Assembly (NCBI GenBank): GCA_022822135.1
Contig: JAJECH010000062.1
Coordinates: forward strand, 18,498-82,497
Direction of reading: 5' to 3'
DNA: 64,000 nucleotides
DNA from: Pseudomonadales bacterium
GTDB lineage: Bacteria; Pseudomonadota; Gammaproteobacteria; Pseudomonadales; Azotimanducaceae
This document shows positions 27,729 through 38,120 of this stretch, piece by piece. The notes beneath the pieces were generated by a model that searched no databases, was not told where the DNA came from, and saw only the letters and a program-made list of their open reading frames with translations. Position 1 is the first letter of the stretch. Each line of letters starts with the position of its first letter. The translations under genes were made by a program, and so were the position numbers.

Positions 27729-28424
27729 TTATTGAGGGATGTTGTGGTGACGGACATCCGTGCCACGCACCGAGTAGACGGTGTTTTCCGCAATGTTCTT
27801 TGCGTGGTCACCGATGCGTTCCAGTGAACGCGCCACCCAAATGACAGCCATGTATTCGTCAACGTGCGATGGGTTTTGTGCCATACCTTCACTGCACGAA
27901 TCGATTACGGCGTTGTACACCTGATCGACTTCCGCGTCGGCTTCGATCGTAGCACTTGCACCGGATTCGTCCTTCCGTGCAAATTGATTGAGCGACTCGC
28001 GTAGCATTTGACTTGCCAAGCTATCTAGTGTTGACACGTCATCGAGTATTGCGCGCAAATCGTCAAGAGGTGGACTTGACGGTTCTGTGTTGATCGTGAC
28101 TTTTGCAATTCGGTCTGCTTCGTCGCCAATTCGCTCAAGGTCAGTACTGCTCTTGAGGAAGCCAACTAGAAGGCGTAGATCGCTTGCGGTCGGCTGCCGA
28201 CGAGCGATGATCGTCGTGGTCTCCTGATCGATCTCCATCTCGAATTGATTCACTTGAGTTTCTCGCGTACACACCGACTGAGCGAGAGAGAGGTCGATGG
28301 ACTTGAATGCGTTCATCGCAGAGCGTACTTGCTCTTCGACCAGTCCACCCATCGCCGCGAATTTGCCTTCAAGCGTTCGTAATTCAGCTTCGAATTGCGC
28401 TGAAATGTGTCGATGTTCTTTCAT
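27729..28424 (-). CDS. phoU: Phosphate signalling complex protein PhoU
   Basis: Two PhoU repeats with E(R)IGD motifs are present (LERIGDEADRIAK, LERIGDHAKNIAE). It follows pstB. Confidence 0.95.
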   Translation of the reverse strand: MKEHRHISAQFEAELRTLEGKFAAMGGLVEEQVRSAMNAFKSIDLSLAQSVCTRETQVNQFEMEIDQETTTIIARRQPTASDLRLLVGFLKSSTDLERIGDEADRIAKVTINTEPSSPPLDDLRAILDDVSTLDSLASQMLRESLNQFARKDESGASATIEADAEVDQVYNAVIDSCSEGMAQNPSHVDEYMAVIWVARSLERIGDHAKNIAENTVYSVRGTDVRHHNIPQ

Positions 28425-28462
28425 GGTTGATGTCCGTTATACAGCTAGGAGGAGAGGCATCG

Positions 28463-29329
28463 TCAGCCGTACCTGCCAGTGATGTAGTCTTCGGTTTGCT
28501 TCTCTGTAGGATTCGTGAAAATGATGTTGGTGGTGTCGTACTCTACCAACTTGCCGAGATATAGAAACCCCGTGTAATCTGAAACGCGTGCTGCTTGTTG
28601 CATGTTGTGGGTGACGATCAAGATCGTGTAGTCTTGTTTCAGTTGATGAATGAGCTCTTCGATTTTCAATGTCGATATCGGATCAAGCGCCGATGCTGGT
28701 TCGTCCAACAATAGAACATCAGGCTGTACAGCGATCGCTCTTGCGATCACGAGTCGTTGTTGTTGCCCGCCCGACATATCAAGTGCTGATTCGTTCAATC
28801 GGTCGCTGACTTCCTCCCATAGCGCTGCGTTCTTCAGTGCCCATTCAACTCGGTCGTCTACCTCGCTCTTCGGTAAACGGCCTTGAAGTCGTAATCCGTA
28901 AGCAACGTTTTCGTAAATTGACTTGGGGAACGGATTGGGTCGTTGAAACACCATCCCGACGCGGCGTCTGAGTTGAGCGATATCAACCGAAGTGCTATGG
29001 ATCTCCATGCCATTGAGTTCGATCTCGCCAGTGATTCGCACGTCGTCGATTAAGTCGTTCATGCGGTTGAAGCAGCGTAACAGAGTTGACTTTCCACACC
29101 CAGATGGACCGATTAGCGCCGTAACACGCTGTCGTGCAACACGCATGGATATGTCTGCTAGTGCTTCGTTATCACCGTAGTAGAGGCACAGGTTAGATAC
29201 CGTGAGGCAAATATCGTCGTCTCGCCACTCGCTCGGCGAAGGCGCTTCCTCGACCGCGGACACGGGAGTAGGAATTTCAGGCATTGAAGTCGAATCGTAG
29301 CCGTCGCCTGCTCGTTCTTCGATCATCAA
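28463..29329 (-). CDS. pstB: Phosphate ABC transporter ATP-binding protein
   Basis: Walker A (GPSGCGKST), the ABC signature (MSGGQQQR) and Walker B (LLLDEP) are present. Confidence 0.95.
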   Translation of the reverse strand: MMIEERAGDGYDSTSMPEIPTPVSAVEEAPSPSEWRDDDICLTVSNLCLYYGDNEALADISMRVARQRVTALIGPSGCGKSTLLRCFNRMNDLIDDVRITGEIELNGMEIHSTSVDIAQLRRRVGMVFQRPNPFPKSIYENVAYGLRLQGRLPKSEVDDRVEWALKNAALWEEVSDRLNESALDMSGGQQQRLVIARAIAVQPDVLLLDEPASALDPISTLKIEELIHQLKQDYTILIVTHNMQQAARVSDYTGFLYLGKLVEYDTTNIIFTNPTEKQTEDYITGRYG

Positions 29330-31017
29330 TTGATACTCACTCTAAATCTTGCCTCAAGTCGATTGCGTAACGTGATGGCAGTTAAGTTCAGCACGATGAT
29401 GATTAAGACCAAAAGTAGTGCGGTTGCGAACACTAGCGGTCGCGCGGCATCAACGTTCGGACTCTGAAAACCGACATCGTAAATATGAAAGCCTAGATGC
29501 ATGAATTTGCGTTCTAGGTGAAGGTAAGGAAAGTTCCCATCGATCGGTAGGGTCGGCGCAAGTTTGACAACGCCGACAAGCATCAACGGTGCGACTTCGC
29601 CAGCCGCTCTGGCCACAGCCAAGATCATGCCGGTCAGGATCGAGGGGCTCGCCATGGGGAGAACCACTTTGAAGATCGTTTCTGCTTTTGTCGCACCGAG
29701 TGCCAAACTACCTTCGCGTACTGCGCGAGGGATTCTGGTCAAGCCTTCCTCCGTGGATACGATCACCACGGGCACCGTTAACAGCGCCAAAGTAAGAGAT
29801 GCCCAAATTAGACCCGGTGTACCAAATGTCGGAGCCGGTTTCGCTTCAGGGAAAAATAGGTCGTCGATCGAGCCGCCAATGGCATAAACGAAGAATCCAA
29901 GACCGAAAACTCCGTATACGATCGAAGGCACGCCCGCCAGGTTATTTACGGCGATACGAATCAGCTGTACGAACGGTCCTTGTTTCGCATACTCACGTAG
30001 ATATAGCGCTGCGATAACGCCGAACGGTGTGACTAACGCCGACATTAATAAAACCATCAGTACGGTTCCGAAGAGCGCTGGGTAGACGCCCCCTTCGGTG
30101 TTGGCTTCACGTGGGTCGTCTGTCAGGAAGTTCCAGAGGTTCTTGCAATAGAGACCTAGCTTCCGCCATACGGACATGCTGTTTGGCATCCACGCCTGAA
30201 TAACGGTACTGATCGGAATATCGGTGATGCGACCATCCGCAAGAGCTAGACTCGCCGTATCCCGCTCAAGCTGTGTGGTCAAATCGAAAACTTGGCGTTC
30301 GATCACTGCATAGTCAGCTCTTAGCCTCTCTTCCTTAGCTTCAAGATCACTGAATTCGTGGATGTCATCGAGTTGTCGACGGCGCTTTTCGAGTCGGATC
30401 GATTCAAGTTCATAGTTGATGCCGTTAATAGATCCTTCTTGGAGCGCGTCAATCTCTTCGCGAATCGATGCCGTTCGTTCGATACGAGCTTGGAACTCTT
30501 CCCACAAATCTTCTGACTCAACGATCTCGCCTTTTTGCTTGATACCGACAAGAAGACCGAACGCGTCGCCCCACTCGGTTCGCTCAATCACGACCACGTC
30601 CTGCGGGACACTACTTGCAATTACGTCGTGTGCGAACAACCAGCGAAAGTCAGGAGGATTTGCTTGTCGATTACCCGTCTTGATGAGCCACCGTTCTACC
30701 GTTGCTGGGACCGGTTTGTCGTAACTTGGATTCGCCTCCATGAACTGGCGTCGACCGATCGACTCACGTTCGCTGAGTTCGCCAAAGATATGGGTCTTCG
30801 CCCCGAAACGCTCGTATTCGATAGACATCACCTGTGACGGCCAGAAATGCGCGAGACCGTTGATCGCGAGCAAACTGATTAGACCTAGTACAGCCGCAAC
30901 ACTCGCGGCTACTGCCGCCGAGGTAAGCCATATCCAAGGATCGCCAGAACGCCACCATCCGAGCAAGGATTGACGCTGAAGGCTTAGATCTTGCGAGACG
31001 GCGTCAGAGGTTGCCAT
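29326..31017 (-). CDS. pstA: Phosphate ABC transporter permease PstA (long form, 563 aa)
   Basis: The C-terminal permease core carries the EAA-type loop ([21 protein letters not shown]). A large N-terminal periplasmic insertion is present, as in Pseudomonas-type PstA. Confidence 0.9.
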   Translation of the reverse strand: MATSDAVSQDLSLQRQSLLGWWRSGDPWIWLTSAAVAASVAAVLGLISLLAINGLAHFWPSQVMSIEYERFGAKTHIFGELSERESIGRRQFMEANPSYDKPVPATVERWLIKTGNRQANPPDFRWLFAHDVIASSVPQDVVVIERTEWGDAFGLLVGIKQKGEIVESEDLWEEFQARIERTASIREEIDALQEGSINGINYELESIRLEKRRRQLDDIHEFSDLEAKEERLRADYAVIERQVFDLTTQLERDTASLALADGRITDIPISTVIQAWMPNSMSVWRKLGLYCKNLWNFLTDDPREANTEGGVYPALFGTVLMVLLMSALVTPFGVIAALYLREYAKQGPFVQLIRIAVNNLAGVPSIVYGVFGLGFFVYAIGGSIDDLFFPEAKPAPTFGTPGLIWASLTLALLTVPVVIVSTEEGLTRIPRAVREGSLALGATKAETIFKVVLPMASPSILTGMILAVARAAGEVAPLMLVGVVKLAPTLPIDGNFPYLHLERKFMHLGFHIYDVGFQSPNVDAARPLVFATALLLVLIIIVLNLTAITLRNRLEARFRVSIN

Positions 31018-33193
31018 AACGCGTCCTTAGGCGATTCCGCACGATTTCTGCAACGGTGTTGAACATGAATGTGATGAAGAACAGCACGAGCGCCATTAAG
31101 AAGAGGATTCGGAAGTGCGTCGAATTAGCTTCAGATTCCGGCATTTCCACCGCGATGTTAGCGGCGAATGTTCGCATGCCTTGAAATAGATTTAAGTCCA
31201 TGATGGGAGTATTACCAGTCGCCATCAAGACGATCATGGTTTCGCCGACCGCGCGACCGAATCCGATCATGATTGCGGAGAAAATCCCAGGGCTTGCCGT
31301 GAGTAGTACGACTCTCACTAGCGTTTGCCAACGGGTAGCCCCGAGTGCAAGCGAACCATGCACTAGGTGTTGTGGTACACCGTAAATTGCGTCTTCTGCG
31401 ATAGAGAAAATCGTTGGGATAACTGCCAATCCCATCGCGATACCGATGATGAGCGCGTTTCGTTGGTCGTACTCCAGACCCAGCTTCTCATACATCCAGG
31501 TCTTTGCGTCACCACTAAAAAACAGATTTGCGAGTGGCTGATCGAATTCGAGCGTGATCCACGTGAAAAAGACAAGCACAGGAACGGCGATCGCCGCGAA
31601 CCAACCGTCACATGCGCTGAGTACCTTACTCGGCATTCGCGACCAAAGTGTTGCGAATAGCAGCATCCCAATCGGTAGAACGATCACGCACAACAAAACA
31701 GATGTGAGATGGTCCTCAACGATGGGCGCCAACCATAAACCTGCAAGGAATCCCAGGATGACAGTAGGTAATGCTGCCATGATCTCGATACCCGGCTTCA
31801 CCCAAGCACGCATGCCAGGCGACATGAAATTAGCCGTATAGACGGCACCAGCTACCGCGATTGGGATCGCGAAGATCATGGCGTAAAACGCCGCTTTAAG
31901 CGTGCCAAAGAGAAGAGGCGTTAGCGAGAATTTCGCTTCAAAATCCGTATCAGCAGAAGAACTCTGCCAACTAAACACGGGTTCCTCATATCCTTCGTAC
32001 CAAACCTTGCCCCAAAGCGAATTCCATGAAATCTCCGGATGCGCGTTTTGGATCGCATACGTCTGGATTTGATCGGCTTGATACGTAACGAGTCGATCAG
32101 CCCGTGGTGAAAACACGAGCAACTTCGGCATCGCGTCAAAGTCGATCGACGTGAGTACCCGATTCGAAGTCGTGTAAGCCAAATGGGCAGTGTTATTCGC
32201 ATCGACGGCTACAAATCCCTTACGACGCTGCTCGCTTGCCAACGTTAAGATCGGGGCGTCGAAATCCATGGATCGGATCGGTTTAAAAACCGTGCCGATT
32301 TCCGACGGCGATAGTGACCACTGTCGAACGACACCAGAGTCGTGCCCAACGAGAATCGAGTATCTACCAAGAAGTGGTTCGAACGCAGTCGGTGCTTTCC
32401 CATCTTCCGCAAATGACGAGGACTGTACGACGCGAGGTCGCAGAACGGATGGCACGAGAATTAGTTGGAAATCCCCTGTTTGCTCGTTGACGTTGAATAG
32501 AAAGCGACCACGCGGTCCGAAGAGTGTGCGATATCTGCCGGGCGGCGCCTCGATCGTATTCTCGATTGGGAATTCCAGTTCAAAGTCGTCGTCCACTTCC
32601 TCAAATTCGGCGAGCAACAAGGAACCGTCTTGGCGACGCGCGACGATGCGAAGATCTTCATCGCTACGGTACACATCGAAGTCCGCCGTATCTTGTGGTA
32701 GTTGATACGTCGTATTAACAAACACTGGCTCTACCCGCTGTTCTAGAGTGCGAGTGTTGTCGATGTATCGGACCTGATGGGAGATGCGAAAGAATCGAAC
32801 TTCATTCGAGGTGTCACGGACCGCATAGGTATCCGTGGTCGGAAAGACAAGGATCGCGTCACGCCAAGGCATGGCGCTCATTTCAGCGACGTTCTCCAGC
32901 TCGAACGTCGACGGGTTTCGAAACTCAACATGACCGTTACCTCGGACCAACGTCACGATTTCAAAACTGTCGTCCGACCCAATCGCGAGCACATCTTCTG
33001 GCTGGTACGACACGTTATCTAAAACGTCGATCGATGTGGGTGCGAAAATCGGCAAGATGACCCAGAAGAGATACCCCATGATTAGCACGATAGCGGCAAT
33101 GACAGCGACGCCACCTGCGCCAATCACTTTCGCGGTAATCGTGTTAGTTAGTCTTCGCCGGTTCGAGATTTTCGGCAGGTTGTAGGCGGTCAT
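31004..33193 (-). CDS. pstC: Phosphate ABC transporter permease PstC (long form, 729 aa)
   Basis: The C-terminal permease core is present ([20 protein letters not shown]). A ~400-aa periplasmic N-terminal domain follows one TM helix. Confidence 0.9.
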   Translation of the reverse strand: MTAYNLPKISNRRRLTNTITAKVIGAGGVAVIAAIVLIMGYLFWVILPIFAPTSIDVLDNVSYQPEDVLAIGSDDSFEIVTLVRGNGHVEFRNPSTFELENVAEMSAMPWRDAILVFPTTDTYAVRDTSNEVRFFRISHQVRYIDNTRTLEQRVEPVFVNTTYQLPQDTADFDVYRSDEDLRIVARRQDGSLLLAEFEEVDDDFELEFPIENTIEAPPGRYRTLFGPRGRFLFNVNEQTGDFQLILVPSVLRPRVVQSSSFAEDGKAPTAFEPLLGRYSILVGHDSGVVRQWSLSPSEIGTVFKPIRSMDFDAPILTLASEQRRKGFVAVDANNTAHLAYTTSNRVLTSIDFDAMPKLLVFSPRADRLVTYQADQIQTYAIQNAHPEISWNSLWGKVWYEGYEEPVFSWQSSSADTDFEAKFSLTPLLFGTLKAAFYAMIFAIPIAVAGAVYTANFMSPGMRAWVKPGIEIMAALPTVILGFLAGLWLAPIVEDHLTSVLLCVIVLPIGMLLFATLWSRMPSKVLSACDGWFAAIAVPVLVFFTWITLEFDQPLANLFFSGDAKTWMYEKLGLEYDQRNALIIGIAMGLAVIPTIFSIAEDAIYGVPQHLVHGSLALGATRWQTLVRVVLLTASPGIFSAIMIGFGRAVGETMIVLMATGNTPIMDLNLFQGMRTFAANIAVEMPESEANSTHFRILFLMALVLFFITFMFNTVAEIVRNRLRTRYGNL

Positions 33194-33199
33194 GGATCG

Positions 33200-34159
33200 T
33201 TAGTTCTCGAGCCGTTTCAGCTCCCGGTTTACCATGCGTGCCGAAAGAGGTACGTATCCGTCTTTTTCTACTACTTCCTGTCCGGTTTCCGACAAGACCA
33301 TACGTAAGAACTCAAACTCGAGCGGATTAAGCGGTGTGTCAGGTTTCTTGTTAACGTAGATATACAAGTAACGACGAAGTGGATAGCTGCCATCAAGTGC
33401 AGTTTCTGTCGTCACTATCACCGGAGGCATGGTGGCGTCTTCTGCGATCGGTACAGCACGTACTCCCGAAGTAACGTAACCTACACCTGAGTATCCGATC
33501 CCGTTCAACGACGCGGTCACTGACTGTACGACGGACGCAGAGCCCGGTTGTTCATTTACGGTGTTCTTGAAATCGCCGGAGCACAATCCGACTTGCTTGA
33601 AATACCCATAGGTCCCGGACACCGAGTTTCTACCGTATAGCTGAAGTGGTCTATTCATCCAGGAACCATCCAACCCGAGATCTCCCCACGTACGCACGTT
33701 GGATGTTCCTCCGCATCGTCGAGTCGTCGAAAAAGCCGCATCGACTTGCTGGATTGTGAGTGCTTCAAGCGGGTTGTCCTTATGTACGTAAATCGCTAAT
33801 GCGTCAATGGCGACCCTTATACCTAAAGGCTTATAGCCGTAGTGCTTCTCAAACGCTTCGATTTCTTTGTCCTTCATCTTGCGACTCATAGGACCAAAAT
33901 TCGATACGCCTTCCGTTAAGGCAGGTGGCGCAGTGGACGAACCGGCAGCTTGCACTTGAATGTTGACGTTGGGGTATTCCTTTTCGAATGCTTCCGCCCA
34001 TAGCGTCATCAGATTGGCAAGCGTGTCTGATCCAACACTCGATAGATTTCCGGAAACACCACTAACTCGTTCGTACGTGGGAAGTTCGTCCGCAAAAACG
34101 AGGAATGCACTCGCCATGCACACGACAGCGAACTGGTATCGAAGTCGAAACGTATTCAT
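33200..34159 (-). CDS. pstS: Phosphate-binding protein PstS
   Basis: A signal peptide and periplasmic-binding-protein type motifs are present (GSDTL, AAGSS, GYSGVGY). The start overlaps the phoR stop (ATGA). Confidence 0.9.
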   Translation of the reverse strand: MNTFRLRYQFAVVCMASAFLVFADELPTYERVSGVSGNLSSVGSDTLANLMTLWAEAFEKEYPNVNIQVQAAGSSTAPPALTEGVSNFGPMSRKMKDKEIEAFEKHYGYKPLGIRVAIDALAIYVHKDNPLEALTIQQVDAAFSTTRRCGGTSNVRTWGDLGLDGSWMNRPLQLYGRNSVSGTYGYFKQVGLCSGDFKNTVNEQPGSASVVQSVTASLNGIGYSGVGYVTSGVRAVPIAEDATMPPVIVTTETALDGSYPLRRYLYIYVNKKPDTPLNPLEFEFLRMVLSETGQEVVEKDGYVPLSARMVNRELKRLEN

Positions 34160-35457
34160 TGAACGACTCTACTGACCTCTTGATGCGAAAAAGTCATTGG
34201 CAAATCGAAATAGAACTTGCTCCCCATCCCAACCGTACTTGATACCTTCAACTCGGATTGATGCCTTCTTAGTACGTGTTTGACGATGGCTAGACCGAGT
34301 CCGGTGCCACCTCGAGCTCTACTTCCTTTCATGTCGACACGATAAAAACGTTCGGTTAATCGGGAGATCGAGTCTGGCGGAATGCCTACTCCTTGGTCCT
34401 CAACTTCGAAGCGAGCAAATTCACCCAAGTCACGCCAACGAATCGTGATCTCGCCGCCATCGGGACTATAGCGAATCGCATTTGTAACAAGATTCATGAA
34501 TGCACTATGAATCTCAGAAGGTACACATTCAACATGTACGTTTTCCGTCGCCTCGACCTTGAAGCAATGTGAAGAGGACGTAAGTGGACGTGCTTCATCG
34601 ATGACCAAGTGGAGTTCCGCTCGTCCATCGATCGATTGAATCTCATCGACGGTAGGAAGAGGAGCAGATTCGAGTTGAGTCAATGTGAGTAAATCATCGA
34701 CCATGAATCGCATACGATCCACAGGTGTAACCAAGCGATCCGCAAGCTCTCGAAGTGTCTCCTCGCTCAATTCGTCGCTCGTCATGGATTCAACATAGCC
34801 AAGCAAGACGGTCAACGGGGTTCGTAACTCATGAGACACATTAGCAATGAAGTCTTGTCGCATCGTTAGTAGACGATTAAGTTCTGAGATGTCTCTTGCG
34901 ATGACTAGCTGACGATTTTCATCGAGCGCAACGATCCGAACTTCAAGCCGTTTTGAATCGTCGATCGGTGAAGCGATCTCGACGATTTCAGTTTCGTCGT
35001 GAGTGAGCAAACGAGAGAGGCTTGGATGACGGATTAAGGTTTTCAGATCCGAACCGATATCCGCTGACTTGATACCCAGAAGATTCTGTGCAGATCGGTT
35101 GAACGTTTCGATTTGTTGATGTTGCTGCAAGGTAATCCAAGCATCCGGCAAATAATCCGAAGTTGATCGAATCCGCTTTAGAGCCTGAAGCAATGTCCGA
35201 CTGCGCCCGCGTGAGTGGTCGATCGAACCCGTGATGCGTTTCGCGGCTTTCTGCCAGCCTTCAGTCTGAATCGGTACTGGTTGGAGAGGATGTTCCAGCC
35301 ACTTTCTTACCTTTTGTTCACGGACGAGAACGTAGATAAGAATCCCTCCAAGCAAACAAACGACAGCCCATCCGGTAAGTCCGGTCGTAAACTCTAAGGC
35401 GAGTGCTGCCAGTCCGAGCGCAACGGCAAGAAGGCTCTTTATCCAGCGAGATTTCAC
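34156..35457 (-). CDS. phoR: Phosphate regulon sensor histidine kinase PhoR
   Basis: Two N-terminal TM segments, a PAS-like region, the H-box [14 protein letters not shown] and the N/G boxes ([23 protein letters not shown]) are present. Confidence 0.9.
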   Translation of the reverse strand: MKSRWIKSLLAVALGLAALALEFTTGLTGWAVVCLLGGILIYVLVREQKVRKWLEHPLQPVPIQTEGWQKAAKRITGSIDHSRGRSRTLLQALKRIRSTSDYLPDAWITLQQHQQIETFNRSAQNLLGIKSADIGSDLKTLIRHPSLSRLLTHDETEIVEIASPIDDSKRLEVRIVALDENRQLVIARDISELNRLLTMRQDFIANVSHELRTPLTVLLGYVESMTSDELSEETLRELADRLVTPVDRMRFMVDDLLTLTQLESAPLPTVDEIQSIDGRAELHLVIDEARPLTSSSHCFKVEATENVHVECVPSEIHSAFMNLVTNAIRYSPDGGEITIRWRDLGEFARFEVEDQGVGIPPDSISRLTERFYRVDMKGSRARGGTGLGLAIVKHVLRRHQSELKVSSTVGMGSKFYFDLPMTFSHQEVSRVVQ

Positions 35458-36152
35458 GCACTTGCGAACGCAGGATTCAATCGATACCCCACGCCGCGTA
35501 CCGTTTGTACGAGAGAATCCATTTCATATTTCTGTAATGCTTTCCGAAGTCGCAATACGTGCACGTCAACGGTACGCTCATCGACATAGACGCTCCGGCC
35601 CCAAACCAAATCTAGCAACTGACTTCGTTGAAACGCTCGCTTTGGATGACGTAGCAGCAATTCGAGAAGGCGATACTCAGTGGGTCTCAAATGGACGTAG
35701 TCGCCATTGACACACACGCTATGCGCGACGGTATCAAGTTTCAGACCGTCAACCGACAACTGACTGCCTTCGGCATCACCGGCACGGCGGAGTAGCGCTT
35801 TGATCCTCGCATTTAACTCGCGCGGCGAGAATGGTTTCGTAATGTAGTCGTCGACACCCGCGTCGAAACTCTTGAGTTTGTCAACTTCTTCCCCACGAGC
35901 GGTCAACATGATCAAAGGGATGTCTTTTGTGTACTGGTCGTGTCGAATCCGACGCGCCAGTTCGATCCCTGACATATGCGGCAGCATCCAGTCGATGATG
36001 ACCAAATCGGGTGTTTCGCTCTTGAGCTGGTCGAGGGCAGACTCCGCGTCGGGAACCACGGATACGGTGTAGCCGGAACGACCAATCGAGTAATGAAGCA
36101 GTTCACGTATTTCCCGCTCGTCTTCAACTACCAGGATGTGATGCGAGGTCAT
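35454..36152 (-). CDS. phoB: Phosphate regulon response regulator PhoB
   Basis: A receiver domain (ILVVEDE...DLVIIDWMLP) plus an OmpR/PhoB winged-helix domain (VRGVGYRL) are present. Confidence 0.95.
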   Translation of the reverse strand: MTSHHILVVEDEREIRELLHYSIGRSGYTVSVVPDAESALDQLKSETPDLVIIDWMLPHMSGIELARRIRHDQYTKDIPLIMLTARGEEVDKLKSFDAGVDDYITKPFSPRELNARIKALLRRAGDAEGSQLSVDGLKLDTVAHSVCVNGDYVHLRPTEYRLLELLLRHPKRAFQRSQLLDLVWGRSVYVDERTVDVHVLRLRKALQKYEMDSLVQTVRGVGYRLNPAFASA

Positions 36153-36197
36153 GGAACCTTGTTAGTAGAAACTCAATGGGAAAGCATGGAATTAGAT

Positions 36198-36215
36198 ATG
36201 ACAACTTTATGAAAT
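36198..36215 (-). promoter_or_regulatory. Candidate Pho box upstream of phoB
   Basis: The minus strand reads ATTTCAT-AAAG-TTGTCAT, two 7-bp direct repeats resembling CTGTCAT with a 4-bp A/T-rich spacer. It lies ~45 nt upstream of the phoB ATG. Confidence 0.6.
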
Positions 36216-36400
36216 TCGTATCAAAATAAAACGACGCGGTGTCGACCATGAGTTGCAATTTGGGAAGCTTACAATCCCGAGTCGCCGATATTTGCGACAG
36301 CATGCATCCTGGACGAGTGATGTTTGCCACTTCACGAAGGCGTCGTGTTCGCGTATATCGGAATGCGATAACGTGACGAATAAAAGAAAGGTTAGAACGC

Positions 36401-37072
36401 ATGGGCATGCAGCGTCAATTACATGCAGAAGATGGATTCACTTTAGGTGCGTACGAAGCGATGCCTGAAGGCACGCCGCGAGCTGGCATCGTCATCATCC
36501 AAGAAATTTTCGGAGTCAACTCTCATATCCGAGCAGTGGTTGACGGATACGCGGCGGAAGGTTATGCCGTGGTTGCGCCGCAGATTTTCGATCGCGTCAA
36601 ACGTGACGTTGAATTGGGTTATGAAGGCGACGATATGACCGAAGGCATGAAGTTCGCTTTTCAAGAATCCGACCGTGCAAAAACCTTGGTGGATATTCAG
36701 GCAGCGGTTGAAGAAATCGGCAAGTGGGGTAATGTCGCGGTTATTGGTTACTGCTACGGTGGTCTATTAACGTGGTTGTCCGCATGTCAACTTCGTGGTG
36801 TTGCATGCGCGGTACCGTTTTATGGCGGTGGGATCGCTGCGGAGAAAGACCAAGCTGCACGGTGTCCGGTCATGATGCACTTCGGTGAACTGGATCAGAT
36901 GATCCCGATGTCAGATGTTGACGATATAAGAACAGCACAACCCGATGCGGACGTGTTCACGTATCCTGCAGACCATGGGTTTAATTGCGATCATCGTGCG
37001 TCTCACAATGCTGAGGCCGCGAAACTCGCGAAAGAACGAACACTTGGATTCCTCGCGGAACACCTGTGTTGA
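36401..37072 (+). CDS. Dienelactone hydrolase family protein
   Basis: IVIIQEIFGVNSHIR and the nucleophile context VIGYCYGG are present. The size is ~220 aa. Confidence 0.85.
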   Translation: MGMQRQLHAEDGFTLGAYEAMPEGTPRAGIVIIQEIFGVNSHIRAVVDGYAAEGYAVVAPQIFDRVKRDVELGYEGDDMTEGMKFAFQESDRAKTLVDIQAAVEEIGKWGNVAVIGYCYGGLLTWLSACQLRGVACAVPFYGGGIAAEKDQAARCPVMMHFGELDQMIPMSDVDDIRTAQPDADVFTYPADHGFNCDHRASHNAEAAKLAKERTLGFLAEHLC

Positions 37073-37331
37073 AGCGATTTGATACATCCGTCAATCTCGT
37101 TGGCATATAAATGACGTGGTAGAACTATCTGCATCGTCACTTAGTTTGTGTATCTGAATGTCGGAGCCGTTGTGCTCAGCGCTTCAGATTCGCACCACAT
37201 GTAGCGACGAAGTATGAAACTGGTTCGACAACGAAACAGAGCAAAAACGGTCGCAGATCGTTTTCAAGGGTATAAGGAATCGACCCTAACGGGTCGTTTG
37301 ACAAATTGAGAAAGGGGGTACTCGCACTCAC

Positions 37332-38120
37332 ATGAGTATTTTTCTTAGGAAATCCAGTAAACGGCTCGGCGCCGGTTTGTTGGTGACTATCGCCGGCCTG
37401 CTTGTCGGACCAGTCGCTGGCGAGACGACATTGAACGACGTCTACACGGTCGCCGAAGCGATCAACGAAGACGCGCGTGCATCGCAAGCGAAGATCAACG
37501 ACGTCGCGGAAGAAACCAACGATCTGCTCAATCAATACAAGGCGGTTCTTAAAGTCAATGACGGCTTGAGGGTATACAACCGTCAACTTGAACGTCAGAT
37601 TGCGAATCAGGAACGTCAGATTGCGACGTTGAACAAGTCCATCGACGATGTCACGGTGATTCAACGCCAAATCGTGCCGCTCATGTGGCGCATGATCGAG
37701 GGCTTGGAACAATTCGTGCAACTTGATCTTCCGTTTCTCATGGAAGAGCGACGCGATCGCGTCGATCGACTCAAGGACTTAATGGAACGAGCAGACGTTG
37801 CAGTTTCTGAACAGTTCAGCCAAGTATTGCGAGCGTACCAAATCGAGAACGAATACGGCCGTACGTTAACCCCCTATACGGGCGAAATCGAAGTCGAAGG
37901 TCAGACACGAATCGTGGACATCCTTCAAGTCGGACGTGTCGCGCTTCTCTATCAAACGACCGACGCGTCCGAAACAGGGTTTTGGAACAAGAAGTCGCGG
38001 CAGTGGGAAGTACTTGACGATTCATTCACAACGCCGACTCGAAACGGCTTAAAAATGGCGCGTAAGCAGCTGACAAGCGGCTTGTTTATCGTCCCTGTTC
38101 ACGCTCCGGAGGGCTCGTAG
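37332..38120 (+). CDS. DUF3450-family periplasmic coiled-coil protein (TtpB-like, TonB2 system)
   Basis: A signal peptide and a coiled-coil region are present. It is the first gene of a TonB2-type cluster. Confidence 0.75.
   Translation: MSIFLRKSSKRLGAGLLVTIAGLLVGPVAGETTLNDVYTVAEAINEDARASQAKINDVAEETNDLLNQYKAVLKVNDGLRVYNRQLERQIANQERQIATLNKSIDDVTVIQRQIVPLMWRMIEGLEQFVQLDLPFLMEERRDRVDRLKDLMERADVAVSEQFSQVLRAYQIENEYGRTLTPYTGEIEVEGQTRIVDILQVGRVALLYQTTDASETGFWNKKSRQWEVLDDSFTTPTRNGLKMARKQLTSGLFIVPVHAPEGS

Noticed and set aside
37073-37331. A Fur box might lie upstream of the TonB2-type cluster.
   Set aside because: Nothing resembles the 19-bp Fur consensus on either strand. The only structure is a small hairpin (CGACCC-TAAC-GGGTCG at ~37281..37296), which may terminate the upstream hydrolase gene.
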